DNA of 64,000 bases, from positions 7,915 through 71,914 of the forward strand of contig BDGG01000027.1 in assembly GCA_001949185.1 (NCBI GenBank), given 5' to 3'. The notes beneath the pieces are model-generated. The model searched no databases, was not told where the DNA came from, and saw only the letters and a program-made list of their open reading frames with translations. The DNA is from Ramazzottius varieornatus. Lineage: Eukaryota; Animalia; Tardigrada. The translations under genes were made by a program, and so were the position numbers. Positions 62,080-64,000 of the stretch are shown here, piece by piece; the first letter of the stretch is position 1, and the number at the start of each line of letters is the position of its first letter.

Positions 62080-63959
62080 GGCAAGGCTCGTGGAAGCCGC
62101 GTGGCTTTATGGATTCGCTCTGTGATACAGTCGGCCTTCTTCAGTTGGGGAACCTTCATCCAACGTCATGCCGCCAAGATTCTTGTTCTGGGAATACTTA
62201 TCCTTGCCTTTTCCTGCTACAATCTGAAGAACATCGTGCTGGAAACCCGACTGGACAAGCTGTGGGTCGAAGGTACGTCGAAAAATTCATTACGTGCCAT
62301 TCTGCGAAATGGTCAGTCTTTTTAAGAAATCACTGAAGTCAAAATCGAGTGGCGTTCTTGGGTCTGGGTACCAGTGGGAGGGCGGAGGAAAGGCAGTAAA
62401 TGGCTACCCAAAGTCAGCTATCGGAGCGAAGCCATCGTCAAGTTGGGCGTTCTGTCTCTCCTTCGAGATTCGTTTAACGAGCATTTTAGTGGCGACATTC
62501 AATTCGCGCCGTCTTTCTGTCGTGTCCACCTATCGAATACAGCTACAGTAGCAGGGTCCAAGAAGAAAGTCTGCAGGAAGACTCTGCATTTTCGTTCACG
62601 ACTGGGATTTATCATGGCAGACCTGCAGACCTGACAGAAGTTTAGACTAATCCCTTCCGCATCGAATGACCGGACTAATATGCCTAGTGTTGCTCAGTGC
62701 CGCGCGAGCAAATCGTTTGTTCCCTTTGGACGTTATCCTTCCATTGTAGCAGAGCGGTATTGTCAGTCCAATAAGCTAAGGTGGAAAAGTTAAAACCCGA
62801 GAACCCTTCGACAAATTCGCGTCCCCGGAACCACGACCTCCATCACTGGACCACAATTCGATTTGGCTCTGGGGCTTTAAACTAAGTATTGATAGTACAG
62901 TATGAGCGTCGTATACGGTGACAATTTTCTAGTAGGATAAGCATCGTCGACAAAATCTTTTTGACTTTCAGCATGTACTGTACAATGGACTGGCGTTATT
63001 AATTAATTCACTAATTCAGTATTTGGCAAGATATTCAGTACAGAAGCAAAGTCAAGAGAGTTGTGGAAGATAAGTCAGAAGAGTTCAAGAAGTACAGAGA
63101 AACTGGAGACGGGTTATCATGTGGTCAGCGGTCAACTAAGATGTCCCGCTGTTTATTCTAGGCCTGCTGTGTTGTCGGTTTGGATAGACAGACGATGAGA
63201 TAAATATCCGGTCGTCTCATTAACAAAATGCCCTTCCCAAACTCTCAACACCAAGTGCAAATATGATCTCCATGAAAGGGTAGACCGTCACGATCATCAG
63301 GCGTGCAAAACTCGGGAAACAGACGAGAGTGGTCTCGAGTTTTGGTGCTCTCAGAGTGGGAAATATGCTCCTCTTCATGCAGTAATTCACGGGATATCCA
63401 GATAACGGCGTCTGCGACGACCTGCCGGGGTGACATATGCATTTGATGTCGTAACACAACTGGAAAGCGATGGTGTAGGATCTGATCGTGAGATTTGACT
63501 TTATCGTAGAACGTACTTTCTTAGTGTGCTCGGAAGCGGAACATGACAATGTCATGTATCATGAGTTCAGAGTTTGTCTTCTTCTGAACGTCTCTGGGAA
63601 CTGGATCGTTGCAGCGGTTTAGTTGATATGTATGGATGAAATTAAAATCCAGCTGGATGTGTGCTTACCGATCTGGTTTTGTTCCTGCAGAAGGTGGTAG
63701 ATTGGAAGAAGAGCGAGACTACGTGCAGGAGATTCACGGTTCAGAAGTGGGCGCGACACCGTTGGTCATCCTACAGACACCGACGGCCAACGCATCGTCC
63801 GTCCTGACGGCGGAAGCTCTGTTGCTCCATCTGAAGATTGCCCTTCTAGCCACGGAAGTGGAAGTTGAAATCTTCAAGAACACATGGACACTGCGCGACA
63901 TCTGCCACAAAGCGGCCTTTCCTACCTTCGACGAACGCATCAGCGGAACTTTCAGCGAC
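62080..63959 (+). CDS. ptc: Patched receptor, partial (exons 62080-62272 and 63691-63959; first exon not found; continues beyond the window)
   Basis: GKARGSRVALWIRSVIQ...GTFIQRHAAKILVLG...LETRLDKLWVE|EGGRLEEERDY...LQTP...VLTAEALLLHL...WTLRDICHK. Confidence 0.9.
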
Positions 63960-64000
63960 GTAAGCTAAGACGGCATCTTCTCATGAAAGAATGCTCTGAT

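Overview
Gene-dense eukaryotic (invertebrate animal) DNA with short GT-AG introns. The compact layout is compatible with a tardigrade-like genome, but the taxon cannot be proven from the sequence. Positions ~1.6-6.7 kb hold a cluster of DNA transposons: a decayed PIF/Harbinger element nested inside two MITEs, plus two hAT MITEs. About 18 spliced genes follow: phosphoglucomutase, a CaMKK-like kinase, SAP18, two F-box paralogs with frameshifts, a PRDM zinc-finger factor, a 3x dsRBD protein, an SLC26 transporter, OCRL/INPP5B, a COMM-domain-only COMMD10-like protein, a CD20/MS4A-like 4-TM protein, a clip-like/pseudo-protease/active-protease fusion, a secreted Cys-stapled cadherin-like repeat protein, a SAXO/TEX45-like protein, a CYP2-clan P450, SMG9, BCL7 and part of patched. 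Introns carry many MITEs (Tc1/mariner, piggyBac and unclassified). They also carry two unrelated families of ~50-bp inverted-arm cassettes that recur in tandem pairs at a ~70-75 bp period. Top leads are the calcium-site-less cadherin-like protein, the intronic cassette families and the SPH-SP fusion. All exon boundaries and family calls are by eye; no searches were run.
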